Below, piece by piece: positions 1 to 10,076 of a DNA stretch of 64,000 nucleotides. This DNA comes from Candidatus Latescibacterota bacterium (GTDB lineage: Bacteria > Latescibacterota > CBDEFO01): assembly GCA_965248755.1 (NCBI GenBank), contig OZ252149.1, forward strand, positions 2,656,001-2,720,000, written 5' to 3'. Under the pieces are notes generated by a model. That model was given only the letters and a program-made list of their open reading frames with translations. It was not told where the DNA came from and ran no database searches. The stretch's first letter is position 1. Every line of letters begins with the position of its first letter. The position numbers were made by a program, and so were the translations under genes.

Positions 1-948
1 AGAAACTTGTCAGATATCAATGGCAAGTGGGTTCAAAAAGCGATGAGTAAAACACAGCATCAACGAATCATTCTGGACATGGACAGTTCGGAGAGTCCGG
101 TACATGGCCAGCAGGAAGGATCAGCTTACAACGGTCATTTCGGATGTACCTGTTTTCATCCAGTGTTCTGCTTCAATCAGTTCGGGGATTGTGAAGGAGT
201 CCTACTTCGCTCTGGTAATGTTCACAGTGCTGATCGTTGGAAGGAAGTTCTGGAACCGATCGTCAAGAGATACGAGAGCAAGAAGAATAGGAAATACTTT
301 CGAGGCGATGCTGCATTCGCAAAGCCTGAGATTTATGATTATCTGGAGGGAAACGGCTATTTGTATGCCATTCGGCTTCCCGCAAATGAGATACTCTATG
401 AAAAGATACGATACCTGCTGACTCGGCCAGTTGGACGACCGCCGAGGAAACCGATTGTATCGTTATATGAATTTCAATATAAAGCGGCCAGTTGGGATCA
501 ATCGAGGCGAGTGGTCGCCAAGGTTGAATGGCACCAAGGGGAGTTATTCCCAAGAGTGGGATTTATCGTGACCAACATGAGCGCCAAGCCAGAAGGCGTG
601 GTACACTTCTACAATGGCCGTGGCAGAGCTGAGCAGTGGATTAAGGAGGGCAAGTATGCTCTGAACTGGACCCGACTCTCATGCAAGCGTTTCGTCTCCA
701 ATCAGGTGAGGCTCTGGCTGTTTGTTCTGGCTTACAACTTGGGCAACTTCCTGCGACGTTTTGTTCTTCCGAAGAAAATCAAACACTGGTCACTACGCAG
801 CCTCCTCGTGAAATTTATCAAAATCGGAGCGAAGATTGTCAGACACAGCGGATATATTACGTTTCAAATGGCTGAGGTTGGGATAGACAAGAGGTTATTT
901 GCCGAAATATTATCCCGGATTGAACGATTGCGATGTTATTCTGTTTAA
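1..948 (+). CDS. IS1380-family DDE transposase (5'-partial)
   Basis: ILDMDSS..HGQQEG..YNGH, RGDAAF, YNGRG.AEQWIKEGK motifs; same as the C-terminal part of the 465-aa ORFs. Confidence 0.93.
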   Translation, partial: RNLSDINGKWVQKAMSKTQHQRIILDMDSSESPVHGQQEGSAYNGHFGCTCFHPVFCFNQFGDCEGVLLRSGNVHSADRWKEVLEPIVKRYESKKNRKYFRGDAAFAKPEIYDYLEGNGYLYAIRLPANEILYEKIRYLLTRPVGRPPRKPIVSLYEFQYKAASWDQSRRVVAKVEWHQGELFPRVGFIVTNMSAKPEGVVHFYNGRGRAEQWIKEGKYALNWTRLSCKRFVSNQVRLWLFVLAYNLGNFLRRFVLPKKIKHWSLRSLLVKFIKIGAKIVRHSGYITFQMAEVGIDKRLFAEILSRIERLRCYSV

Positions 949-1148
949 ACTGCCACATTTTTTTGTGAGTCGATGGAGAGGTGTCTCTAATTGGAGGATT
1001 TAAACACAAAGAAAGTGATAATTCAGAGGAAAATACTATTTTAATTGAAAAAAGTACTTGTTGAAAAATGTAAAAGTGGTAATATTAATTCAGAAACAAG
1101 AATGTATCGAAATATAATCCCTCATGAATGTGATATGGGGAATGTCGG
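1..1148 (+). mobile_element. IS1380-family insertion sequence, copy 1 (5' part outside window)
   Basis: Matches the copies at 45891-47516 and 55395-57020; shared sequence ends at ...GATATGGGGAATGTCGG (1148), the right inverted repeat. Confidence 0.93.
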
Positions 1149-1941
1149 ATTCGAGTCCCTCCCAGGTATCCCCTTCATCTAGACTGCGATACGCGACCAC
1201 TCTTTGTTCATCGGAGACATTCTGACAGGATCCCATATAGATAACTTTTTCATTTGCAGACAGCGCTAGGTCACCGCAAGCATTCGGAGGAAAAATCATA
1301 TCTGCCCAAGTTTCACCACTATCCCTACTCCGGCGGACAGGGACACCCGCCTTGAGAGCATAGATAGTACTACCGTCTTTCTTCACAACCATTTTGGTCC
1401 CATAGTTACTTCCGTGGTCAATTGCTGGAATGTACAGACTACGCCAGTTGTTGCCTCCATCATCAGTGCGGAAAACACCTCCCAAGGACGCCTGCGCCAG
1501 TAAGATATCTGGATTGAGGGGACTTATCCAGAGTCCATTGATAGGAACAGATCTCCCTAAGCTCTGGCTAATCTTCACCCAGTGTCTCCCTTTATCTTCA
1601 CTACGAAAGACCCCAGTGCCTAAAGAGGCATAGATCCTTGATGGATCGGAAGGATCAATGACCAGGCTGCGGATCCCCAAGTTCTCCAACCCGTCGTTAA
1701 CATCTTCGGATTGTCCAGTATCTGGATCTATGCGCAAGACCCCCTTATCAAAAGTACCCACATAGATTGGATTCCCCCCAGGGGCGACTGCAATAGCTGT
1801 GACATGACAGTTTACATCGGTAGTATAGAATAGCACCTCTATTGGGCCTGAGATTTGGGCACTGATTCCCGGAGCGATACCCAGGACAAAGAGAGATATC
1901 GCAGCCAGAACTATGGAGGATTTGACTGTTCGTCCGCTCAT
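1149..1941 (-). pseudogene. Secreted BNR/Asp-box beta-propeller protein, 3'-truncated at the IS1380 end
   Basis: Signal peptide; repeated S/T-x-D-x-G-x-x-W boxes (SEDKGRHW, TDDGGNNW, SRDSGETW, SLDEGDTW); ORF runs into the IS end at 1148. Confidence 0.75.
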
Positions 1942-2268
1942 TTTCTTTCAACACCTCCTTACAAGAACAATGCCATCAACTGCTATACAGGAACTCTTTT
2001 CTGATGTTTGGCTCCCTCCTTTCCTTTGCCTGAAACCATTTCCCCTTCCGGCATGAAAGTTTTTTAAGTTAATAGCAGTAGCTTTTCAGTAAACAAATTA
2101 GGACTACCTATAGCTGTTACGTAGAATTCGTGAAAGACACCGCATAGAAGTCATCAAGTTTTTGGCTTAATCAGGATAATGTTAGTAACTGTATGAGTAT
2201 AATATACTACAATTCCCAAGCTTTGTAAAGCTTTCTTTGATAACATATCTTAATTATTTTACAGATAT

Positions 2269-2835
2269 TTAGTATTTGTCAACTATTTTACAAATACTTA
2301 TTGCACCACTGGAAGGTCTCCCGTTGGACCCCCCGCCCGATGCCGCTCCACCCACAATAGGCAGCGTGCCGCCATCGCGCTCGATGTGCTGCACTAACTC
2401 GTTGGTCTCAACGCTGAGGACATCCGGGAGTATCATCATAAGCGGATGCGCCTTTTGAGAAGGATCGGCAATGTTGCGGATATCGGCGGCTGGCAGAGCG
2501 GCGTCCCTGGTATCTGGGTTCACAGATACTAGGAACGGTTCGACAGACATGGCGTCCGACCTCACTGCGAGCACGGCGATCCCCGGCTGACGTTCGAACT
2601 CACCCTGGGTCGTCAGCACTCCCATCCCGCTGCACCCGACCAAATTGCGGGCGCCCGTTACCGTGCTGACAGTCGAAAGCATCTCTCCGTAGGCGTTTCG
2701 GTAGTCCGTAGTGGCAAACACAACTGCCCAATCAGCTCTATTCACACCTGCCTGATCCAGGGCGCTCTCTGCAGCGGTGCGGGCGGCAGCCTCCGCTGCC
2801 TCCAATCCCGAATATCCGACCCCTGCGTGTGTCAT
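2269..2835 (-). pseudogene. FIST N-terminal domain protein, truncated
   Basis: AGVGYS..LVGCSGMGVLT..GEFE..PIVGGAASG; frame slips near TFQWC (~2300) and the FIST_C half is absent. Confidence 0.75.
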
Positions 2836-2977
2836 GGCAATCTCAGCCTCAAAGTCGTGCAGTTGAACTTTCTACAAAAGTGCTAACATTCGGTATCGCG
2901 TCTTGGTCCTAAAACCTTCATCCGCACTAAAGTGTAGTAGTGGCAGGTAAGATCAGACAAGCCGCGCCATCCTTTAG

Positions 2978-3691
2978 TCATCCCAGGTTGATGTCGTGCT
3001 CTCGTGCGCGATGAAATCCCTCCAACTGGCTGTTAGCGTTGACAATGGATTCCAACTTCTCAATCAGGGTGTCTACCTGACCTCCGGGCAGGGCAAAGTA
3101 AAGTTCGTCATCCTCCAGCCCGGTATAGACCCGATTGCCGATGCAGCCGAGGCTGGCCACGCTTCGCTCTGTGCGCAGGACCTCAGGGATTGCCGCGCAG
3201 GTCGGGCGCCCCATCATCGCGCCCTCGGCGCCGATCCCTGCGGCGTGTGCTGCCTCTGCAAGAAGCATCACCTGTTTGGCATTGCCGATGACAAGTACCA
3301 CATCCGGCTCTAAGGGCGCATCAGCCAGCGGGGCGTAGATGGCGACGCCGAATCCACCTTCCCGTCGCGGAATTGCTGCCACTTCCTCAGGGCGGAGATA
3401 GTCAAGATCGGCCATCGTCCCTACGAGTCCCTCGAGTTCCTTCTCCTGTGCCGGTGGAAGGTCAATACCGTGCGTGTGCGCGCCGATGGGGCAGTTGAAA
3501 TGGTCCGACGCTTCCGTGTAGAAGATCTGACCCTCGGCTGCGTGCTTCCAGTAAGCGCATCCTGCGGGCGCGGCGGATGAGACCCTGATGACATTTTCCG
3601 GAGGAGTCGCCCGGAATGTCAGCGCGATCGGAGCCATTCTCAGCCCCAGAAGATCCACGAGTTGCTTTGCTGCCTTTATACTATCCATCAC
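2978..3691 (-). CDS. DUF169-like Cys-containing protein
   Basis: AGCAYW..NCPIGAHTHG..PDVVLV..RPTCAAIP..SLGCIGNRVY..ELYFALP pattern. Confidence 0.8.
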   Translation of the reverse strand: MMDSIKAAKQLVDLLGLRMAPIALTFRATPPENVIRVSSAAPAGCAYWKHAAEGQIFYTEASDHFNCPIGAHTHGIDLPPAQEKELEGLVGTMADLDYLRPEEVAAIPRREGGFGVAIYAPLADAPLEPDVVLVIGNAKQVMLLAEAAHAAGIGAEGAMMGRPTCAAIPEVLRTERSVASLGCIGNRVYTGLEDDELYFALPGGQVDTLIEKLESIVNANSQLEGFHRAREHDINLG

Positions 3692-3808
3692 GCAATCCTT
3701 CTCCTTTCTTAATTGAAATAGTTCACCTTACTTGCCACAAGTGCTGTGACGCTTGATCGTCAATACGCTCGATGTGGTGATAACGACAGGGGGCGTCCGT
3801 GCTGTGGA

Positions 3809-5221
3809 TCAGAAAGGAGCGACCTGCTCCTCGGTGGGTTCCGCTCAGCAGTACCACGGTTCGGTCAGGTAGGGGATCGGCGCGCGCTGTGGCCACCGGT
3901 CTGCGTACGTTATAGGTCCAGGACTTCTTGCTAGTGACTGCTCAGTCAGATTCCAGATCTGAGAGAATATCTCGCTTCTTCCTTCCCCCTGCGCCGCTGC
4001 CGACTCGACCAGCGCCTGAATTTCCGCCTGCAACTGGTCGACCTGAGGGTCTGGGTGATGCCAGGGATAGATGAGGGCAGCCTCATCAAACGGTCCCACC
4101 ATCTCTCGCACTTCGGAGAGCTCCAGCAGCTTCGAACCGGCGGGGATCAACAGGCGAATTGCAAGCTGGATGGGCGCTACGTGATCGATCAGATCCAACG
4201 CCGCCAGAAGTGACAACAGATCTTGGTAGCCCTCGCCCGAGGTCCAGGGTGTAAAAGTTACGAAGGTCGGGTTTAAGATCAGTCCCTCCTCCCGAAAGAG
4301 GTGGGCGACCCGGACAAAATCGTCCCGGCTGTGACCCTTTTTAAGGAAGGCGAGCACGCGGTTATCAATCGACTCTACAGCGCTTGTGACAAAGAGGCAT
4401 CCGGTCTCTCGCAGCGTAGATAGGTGCTCTCTATACTTGAGGAGATGTTCAATTTTGATGGTCACGTCGTAAGTCAAATGCGGGTGTTCGTGGTGGAGAG
4501 AACGCACCAGGGCCAGGGCATGACCTATGCCGTTGAAAAAATCGGGATCTCCAAACGTGATGTGTTCCGCGCCGGCGACGACCTGTTGCCTGACGTCCTC
4601 CAGCACAACGTCTCTTTGCACGATGCGGAACTTCCCCTCATAGACCGGCACGATGGGGCAATGGCGACACCGATGCTTGCAGCCTCGACTGGCTTCCGTA
4701 TACCCCACTGTTCTGCTGTGACCATTGCCCCGGTTCAAGCGCGCATATTTCGATAATGAAACAAGGCCCCCTCGATCCGGGACTAGAAACTTTTGCTTGG
4801 CCAGCGAGATGAGGGGTTCCGGTTGGGGAACCCCAACATCCCCGTCCGGTCTTGCAGAAAGACGCTGCACCAGACTTACCAATCCCGATTCGTACTCTCC
4901 GCCCAGTATGGTGCCCGCACCGAGAGCGCGCAGGAAGGATTCGTTCATCGGCGCATAGAGACCATAGAAGCACAGATGCGCTGCTGGATTGAGCGCTTTT
5001 ACCTGATCAACGACCCGTGTGGCGATCCGCGTTGCTGTGTGCATCGGCAGATAGAACGCCACCACTTGAGCGGCACAGATCGCCTCCTCGTTCAACTCCT
5101 CTACGGCCAGGTCCAGGCAGGTCACCTGTGCTCCTGCCTGTCGGAGCCAGGCGGCAGGGGAAGCCAGACCAAAGGGCTGCCGACCCAACTCATAAGTGGA
5201 TATCAGCGCGACACGTATCAT
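3809..5221 (-). CDS. CUAEP-tail radical SAM selenoprotein (N-terminal B12-binding-like domain; UGA at 3845-3847 read as Sec)
   Basis: CxxxCxxC (CKHRCRHC); TGG TAC TGC TGA GCG GAA CCC.. = WYC-U-AEPTEEQVAPF*, true stop 3809-3811; SECIS-like hairpin downstream of the UGA. Confidence 0.88.
3815..3831 (-). promoter_or_regulatory. Bacterial SECIS-like hairpin
   Basis: AGGAGC-AGGTC-GCTCCT; loop begins 19 nt after the UGA with G at loop position 2. Confidence 0.7.
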
Positions 5222-5303
5222 AGACTCATTCTAACTGTCAAGTCAGCAGGACAAGCGCCTCTCCAAATGTTTTTCTGGAGGCAACTTGGATCGTTTCAGG
5301 AAC

Positions 5304-5903
5304 CTACGCCAGTGGAGACTGTCCACCCTCACCTTTTGAGGACTCATAGAAGGGGTTACTGCCGCCGGCATGATCGGTCTTGTCAATGATCTCCCGGATT
5401 TCTGGTACCGCTTCCTTGATCATCACCTCGATGCCCTGTTTCAGGGTCACGTCAACCATTCCACATCCCTGACAGCCGCCGCCGAGGGCTATGTAGGCAA
5501 TATCGTCCTTCACATCAAGGAGCTCGACGCTACCTCCGTGCGACGCCACGGCAGGATTGATCTGATCGTCTATCACGTTCTGGACGGCCGCCGCCCTGGG
5601 ATCTGCCCATAGGGAGTTGGGGTTCTCGATCTTAAAACCACTCTGCTGTGTATCCTCGACATAGTCTATGGTCACGCCTTCGAGGTTCTGTGCGCTTTCA
5701 GGGTCCACGAACACATTGAAACCGTCAACCTCGAGCACGATGTCCTCTGCGCCCTTGTCCTCCTCCTTTTCAAACCTGAGATCGTACTGGAATCCACCGG
5801 GTCCGCGCCCCTTAATGGCCACACGCACCCCTAAACCTTGTTGGTCTTGAGCTTTCAGAAGCTCGAGGATCTTCTTCTTTGATGAATCAGTGATAGTAAG
5901 CAT
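5304..5903 (-). CDS. nfuA: NfuA-type Fe-S carrier (degenerate A-type domain + NifU C domain)
   Basis: Cys-less IscA-like N domain; INPAVASHGG..GGGCQGC CxxC. Confidence 0.88.
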   Translation of the reverse strand: MLTITDSSKKKILELLKAQDQQGLGVRVAIKGRGPGGFQYDLRFEKEEDKGAEDIVLEVDGFNVFVDPESAQNLEGVTIDYVEDTQQSGFKIENPNSLWADPRAAAVQNVIDDQINPAVASHGGSVELLDVKDDIAYIALGGGCQGCGMVDVTLKQGIEVMIKEAVPEIREIIDKTDHAGGSNPFYESSKGEGGQSPLA

Positions 5904-5933
5904 TAGTTCCTCCTTAAAATAAGTAGACAGTGG

Positions 5934-7337
5934 TCAGTAGACAGTAGACAGGGGCACCTCTCCCCGCCCTGCATGCTGTCCACTGTATGATGTATGCTGC
6001 TTCTGCGATGGAGTGATGATCAATGTAAGTCTCCGATGGGCTTCGCGCAGCGCCGCCTCGACGCGCTCCGGGGTCTCGCCGATAGCGAAGATGAATCCCA
6101 GGTACTTCGTCCCTTCCGGCGGCGGGACGACCTCTTGGCCTATGGGAATGGTGAACTTAATCCCTTCGATGCCAGAAACACTTTTGGCCTCCTCCTGGCC
6201 CAGGGCCTCACGTAGGATACCGGCCTCGGGGATTGGGATCATCATTACCCCGGCGGCTCTCCCTTCCCGCTGGAAGGACTCCACTGGATGTCCCAGAGAA
6301 TGTCTCAGGATCAGCTCCTCGAGTGACATGTTGTCACTAAACCGAAGTGTGCCGGAGCAGAGACCTCCCATAGATCGTGGGGCAATCTCAAGCATCCAAG
6401 GTCGAACTCCGACTCCACGCCCCTGACCTCGCTTGATCCCCGACGCCCGATCCAGTCGGGGCTTCAATCGGGGATCGGGGGCCACCCGAAGCTCCGCATG
6501 CACAGGACCCTCTGAAAGTCCAAGTGCAGCGGCTGCCTTCGCCGTGCAGGCTGCGATCTCTTCCTGGAGGGGAATGGGAAGGCGCGAGGGCGTAACGTAA
6601 ATTGTCTCTTCAAAGAACGGTCCATCGAGAGGATCGGGCTTGTCGAACAGCGCCAGAACCTGTAGCTTGCCCTTGGAGAGGAGTCCCTCCAGCGCCACCT
6701 CGAGGCCCGGGATAAAGGTCTCGACCAGGATATGTTGTACTGATTCGCCTCCCTGGGCGGCCACTTCCGGCCGGCGCAAGATTGCGACGAGACGACGAAA
6801 GGCGACGACGAACTGGGCCACATCGTCGGCGCGGATGACACCGCGACTGGCGGAGAGAGACAGCGGCTTGATGACGCACGGGAAGCTAATTTCTTGCGCC
6901 ACATCTTCTGGCTTATCGTCGATAGAAAACCTCTCAAAGCGCGGAGAGAGGATGTCCACCTTTGCCAGGATCTCCCGCATGCGGTACTTGTTTCGGGCGG
7001 CAGAGACCGAGCTCACTGAATTGTGCGACAGTTCCAGCGCTTCCGAGGCTAACGCTGCTAATATTGCACCGTCGTCATCTGTGGATACCACAGCCCGGAT
7101 CGGATATTCTTTGGCAAATTGGACGATGGCTCCCAAGGCCTCCTTCGGATTCAGAAAGTTGAGTGTGAGGTTTCCACCGGGGTTTGCCGCGGATAAGACC
7201 TGAGGGCGGTCAGTCCCGACCACAACGGACACGTCCGCGATAGGATCAATCGGGGACAAGCGGAGCCGCTTTGCCGCCTCGAGGAACGCATTGGCCCGGT
7301 AACTATTAGTTGACATCAAAAGAAGAATGCGATGCAT
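5934..7337 (-). CDS. ATP-grasp domain ligase
   Basis: RNKYRMR, PCVIKPLSLSASRGVIRAD, ETFIPG.EVALEG, FEETIYVTPS, HAELR, LEIAPRSMGG; carries palindromic repeat insertions. Confidence 0.88.
   Translation of the reverse strand: MHRILLLMSTNSYRANAFLEAAKRLRLSPIDPIADVSVVVGTDRPQVLSAANPGGNLTLNFLNPKEALGAIVQFAKEYPIRAVVSTDDDGAILAALASEALELSHNSVSSVSAARNKYRMREILAKVDILSPRFERFSIDDKPEDVAQEISFPCVIKPLSLSASRGVIRADDVAQFVVAFRRLVAILRRPEVAAQGGESVQHILVETFIPGLEVALEGLLSKGKLQVLALFDKPDPLDGPFFEETIYVTPSRLPIPLQEEIAACTAKAAAALGLSEGPVHAELRVAPDPRLKPRLDRASGIKRGQGRGVGVRPWMLEIAPRSMGGLCSGTLRFSDNMSLEELILRHSLGHPVESFQREGRAAGVMMIPIPEAGILREALGQEEAKSVSGIEGIKFTIPIGQEVVPPPEGTKYLGFIFAIGETPERVEAALREAHRRLTLIITPSQKQHTSYSGQHAGRGEVPLSTVY
6435..6480. 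repeat. Nested palindromic repeat inside the ATP-grasp CDS
   Basis: GATCCCCGA[CGCCCGATCCAGTCGGGGC]TTCAATCGGGGATC. Confidence 0.6.
7233..7257. repeat. Palindromic repeat inside the ATP-grasp CDS
   Basis: GTCCGCGATAGGATCAATCGGGGAC, encodes SPIDPIAD. Confidence 0.7.
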
Positions 7338-7382
7338 TCGTCTCCAAGACCCTTCCTGCTTGTAAAGCCCGGTAGATGATCC

Positions 7383-7430
7383 CCCCAGATAGTCCCGATA
7401 TGTTCAATCAAGGATAGACTTAATCTGGGG
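7383..7430. repeat. Nested palindromic repeat (intergenic)
   Basis: CCCCAGATAG[TCCCGATATGTTCAATCAAGGA]TAGACTTAATCTGGGG; inner copy flanked by TAG direct repeats. Confidence 0.6.
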
Positions 7431-7637
7431 TCGAGAAACTTAATCAGGTGGATACTGTAATAACATTAGCAAACTTCTTGATAAAGGGCAAGTAAATCAA
7501 CTCCTTTTTTCTATAAAATCTTCTGCCTGCGGCAAGAGTCCTTATCAGCCGCTGTCAGCCAGCAGCACTGACAGTGTGTCGTATCCATTGGTACAACGAC
7601 CCCCGATTCAATCGGGGACAAGATTTCGGTATTGAAG

Positions 7638-8135
7638 TCACCGTCGGTTCGTTTGATATTCATAAGTCTTACTCTGTAAGTACTTGCCGTCATAGAAGAT
7701 AAGAGGATGACCGTCGCGCAGATCGCCCGTTATGATCTCACCAATGAAGATATCATGGTCACCGCCCGACAGAACTTCAACGACCTGGCAATCCACGAAC
7801 GCCAGCGCTTCGGACAGAATCGGAGAACCGGTCGCGGCCGTCGTCACCGCAAGTCCGGAGAAATCTTTCGGGCCAGGTGTTGCAAACCGGCGTGAAATCT
7901 CTTGTTGATCTTCCATCAGCACATTAACCGCAAAGCATCTGCTCTGCTTCAGGCACTCGTACGTGTGGTTTGTTCGATCCACCGCAACTAAGACCAGCGG
8001 CGGGTCAAGCGACAGGGACGCGACTGCATTGGCTGTCAGCCCGCAGACATGGTCGCCGCAGCGCGTTGTCACCAACGTCACACCCGTTGCAAAGCGGCCC
8101 ATGATCCTCCGCTGCAACAACTCATCAAACGCCAT
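7638..8135 (-). CDS. Flavin reductase (DIM6/NTAB, HpaC-like)
   Basis: GRFATGVTLVT..GLTANAVASLSLDPPLVLV..GGDHDIFIG. Confidence 0.92.
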   Translation of the reverse strand: MAFDELLQRRIMGRFATGVTLVTTRCGDHVCGLTANAVASLSLDPPLVLVAVDRTNHTYECLKQSRCFAVNVLMEDQQEISRRFATPGPKDFSGLAVTTAATGSPILSEALAFVDCQVVEVLSGGDHDIFIGEIITGDLRDGHPLIFYDGKYLQSKTYEYQTNRR

Positions 8136-8147
8136 TATTCGTTTCCC

Positions 8148-9011
8148 CTAGTCCCCGATTGAATCTATCGTGGAATAACCCTCCAGCACATCATGACATT
8201 TGTGCTTAATCTTTTGGATAGCTCTGTTTCTAATCTGACGCGCCCTCTCCCTGCTTATACCAAAAGCCGATCCAATTTGCTGCAACGTCATCGGCTCATC
8301 GTAGCCAAGCCCATAGTAAAGACGAACTATCTTAGCCTCCCTATCATTAAGCTTGGATAGACAATTCTCTATTGCCTGTGAAAAATTCTCCTCCTCAACT
8401 TGCCTATCCGTCACAGCATCTTCGTCTGATATTGTGTCCAACAGCGGGTTGTCCTCAAATTCGTCCAGTGCGGCGTCCAAGGATATGTCCGACTGCACGC
8501 ACACCAAAGCTTTATAGACCCGATTAAGACTTATATCGGCACTTTGGGCTATCTCTTCTGGTGATGGCCGCCGACCTAACTTCTGGGTTAAAGGCCCCAC
8601 CCTTTTTGCCATCCTTTCAAGATCGTCAAAGTGACTCATAGGGAGACGAACTATCTTGATCTGCTCAGCGAATGCCTTTAATATAGCCTGTCTGACCCAC
8701 CAAACAGCATATGTTACGAATTTATAGCCTCTGGTCTCATCAAATCTTCTTGCTGCTTCGATAAGCCCGATGTTGCCTTCTGCTATCAAATCGGAAAGAG
8801 AAAGTCCTCTTCCCAGGTAATCCTTTGCAACAGAGACGACAAAGCTTAAATTGGCTGTAACTAACTTATCCCGGGCTTTCCTATCTCCCGTTTTGATCCT
8901 TTCAGCCAGTTTGACTTCCTCTTGTCTTTCAAGAGGTTTGTATGTCCTTATGTCCTTCAGATAAAGGTTTACGGACAGGTCCTCGTTGAAAGAGAATGCC
9001 TTATTCTTCAT
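8148..9011 (-). CDS. Sigma-70 family sigma factor (RpoD/SigA-like, lacks region 1.1)
   Basis: LVTANLSFVVSVAK, DLIAEGNIGLIEAARRFD..GYKFVTYAVWW, TLQQIG..ISRERARQI. Confidence 0.92.
   Translation of the reverse strand: MKNKAFSFNEDLSVNLYLKDIRTYKPLERQEEVKLAERIKTGDRKARDKLVTANLSFVVSVAKDYLGRGLSLSDLIAEGNIGLIEAARRFDETRGYKFVTYAVWWVRQAILKAFAEQIKIVRLPMSHFDDLERMAKRVGPLTQKLGRRPSPEEIAQSADISLNRVYKALVCVQSDISLDAALDEFEDNPLLDTISDEDAVTDRQVEEENFSQAIENCLSKLNDREAKIVRLYYGLGYDEPMTLQQIGSAFGISRERARQIRNRAIQKIKHKCHDVLEGYSTIDSIGD
8151..8174. repeat. Palindromic repeat forming the last codons of the sigma gene
   Basis: GTCCCCGATTGAATCTATCGTGGA encodes STIDSIGD before the stop. Confidence 0.7.
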
Positions 9012-9248
9012 AGTATTCTCATCCCCAGTTCTGTTTTGCGTGACATCGACCAATTCTCCCCTAAAAAGTCCTTCGATCCAGCTCGTAGCTTAATTCTGAC
9101 TTTCTGGGGATCCCTCAGATATAGAGACAACAACGTCCTTCGCCTTCAGATCCTCGAAGTCTCCAATGCACATAGTACAGCTGTTCCAGGTCAGGGCGGA
9201 CAGCTCTATGTGAAAGCTTTTGTTATATTTTATAAACTATATAACTAA

Positions 9249-9277
9249 AAAATATGCCCCTTTTTATATTTTGTCAA
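9249..9277 (-). promoter_or_regulatory. Sigma70-type promoter for the sigma factor operon
   Basis: TTGACA-17-TATTTT on the minus strand. Confidence 0.5.
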
Positions 9278-9295
9278 GTATTTTTTTATAAAGTC

Positions 9296-9324
9296 TTGCT
9301 TGTGACCGATTTTCATGTTATACT
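9296..9324 (+). promoter_or_regulatory. Sigma70-type promoter for the SufR-like gene
   Basis: TTGCTT-17-TATACT with extended -10 TG. Confidence 0.55.
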
Positions 9325-9374
9325 TCTTGTAACCTCTAAAGTTTACGAAAATTTAAGGAATGTGAAAATCCACT

Positions 9375-10004
9375 ATGAACGAAACGCCACAATCGACGCG
9401 TCAGGAGCTTCTTCAGACATTCAAGATGAATGGTGAGATGACTGTCGAGGCATTGAGCGCGCAGATCGGAATTACCACCATGGGAGTGCGACAGCACCTG
9501 GCAGTTCTGGAAAAAGATGGTCTGGTTTCCAGCCGGACTGTGCGCCAGAAGGTGGGGCGCCCCGCTCTCCATTTTCAGCTCACAGAGAGCGCCGAAGCCT
9601 TCTTTCCCCAGCAATATGGGCACTTTGCAACGAGCATTCTGGAGCAGATTCGCCAACTTGACGGAGATGAGAAGATCGATCTTATTCTTCGAAAAAGGGC
9701 CGAGTTACAGATCGAAGCTTACCGACAGAGAATAGAGGCAAAGCCTCTTTTAGAACAGGTAACGGAACTGGCCAGAATCAGAGACGATGAGGGATATATG
9801 GCTGAGGTTCGGGATCTTGGCGATGGCAGTTTTGAGCTCATTGAACACCACTGTCCGATTGCTGACGTTGCGCGTATGTGTGAAAAAGTTTGCACATACG
9901 AACTCGAGGTCTTTCGTCAGGTGCTCGATGCTGATGTGGTGTTTAGTGATCATAAGATGCGTGGCGATTCTCAGTGCAGCTACATTCTGAAAAAGAGAAA
10001 ATGA
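9375..10004 (+). CDS. SufR-like HTH Fe-S-sensing transcriptional regulator
   Basis: N-terminal wHTH (VRQHLAVLEKDGLV..GRP), EGYMAE, EHHCPI..C..E..C Cys motif. Confidence 0.85.
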   Translation: MNETPQSTRQELLQTFKMNGEMTVEALSAQIGITTMGVRQHLAVLEKDGLVSSRTVRQKVGRPALHFQLTESAEAFFPQQYGHFATSILEQIRQLDGDEKIDLILRKRAELQIEAYRQRIEAKPLLEQVTELARIRDDEGYMAEVRDLGDGSFELIEHHCPIADVARMCEKVCTYELEVFRQVLDADVVFSDHKMRGDSQCSYILKKRK

Positions 10005-10039
10005 CAGGATACAAATATAGCCCCAGCTAATTACGGAGG

Positions 10040-10066
10040 AGGCTCGTCCAATATGGGCGGGCCTTT
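10040..10066. terminator. Hairpin between convergent genes
   Basis: AGGCTCGTCCA-ATA-TGGGCGGGCCT-TT. Confidence 0.45.
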
Positions 10067-10076
10067 GATATGTACG

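Noticed and set aside
7511..7693. Cys-rich peptide (HCQCCW) as a RiPP precursor for the ATP-grasp/rSAM enzymes
   Set aside because: Overlaps the flavin reductase 3' end and a palindromic repeat, with no clear RBS; cannot be supported without homologs
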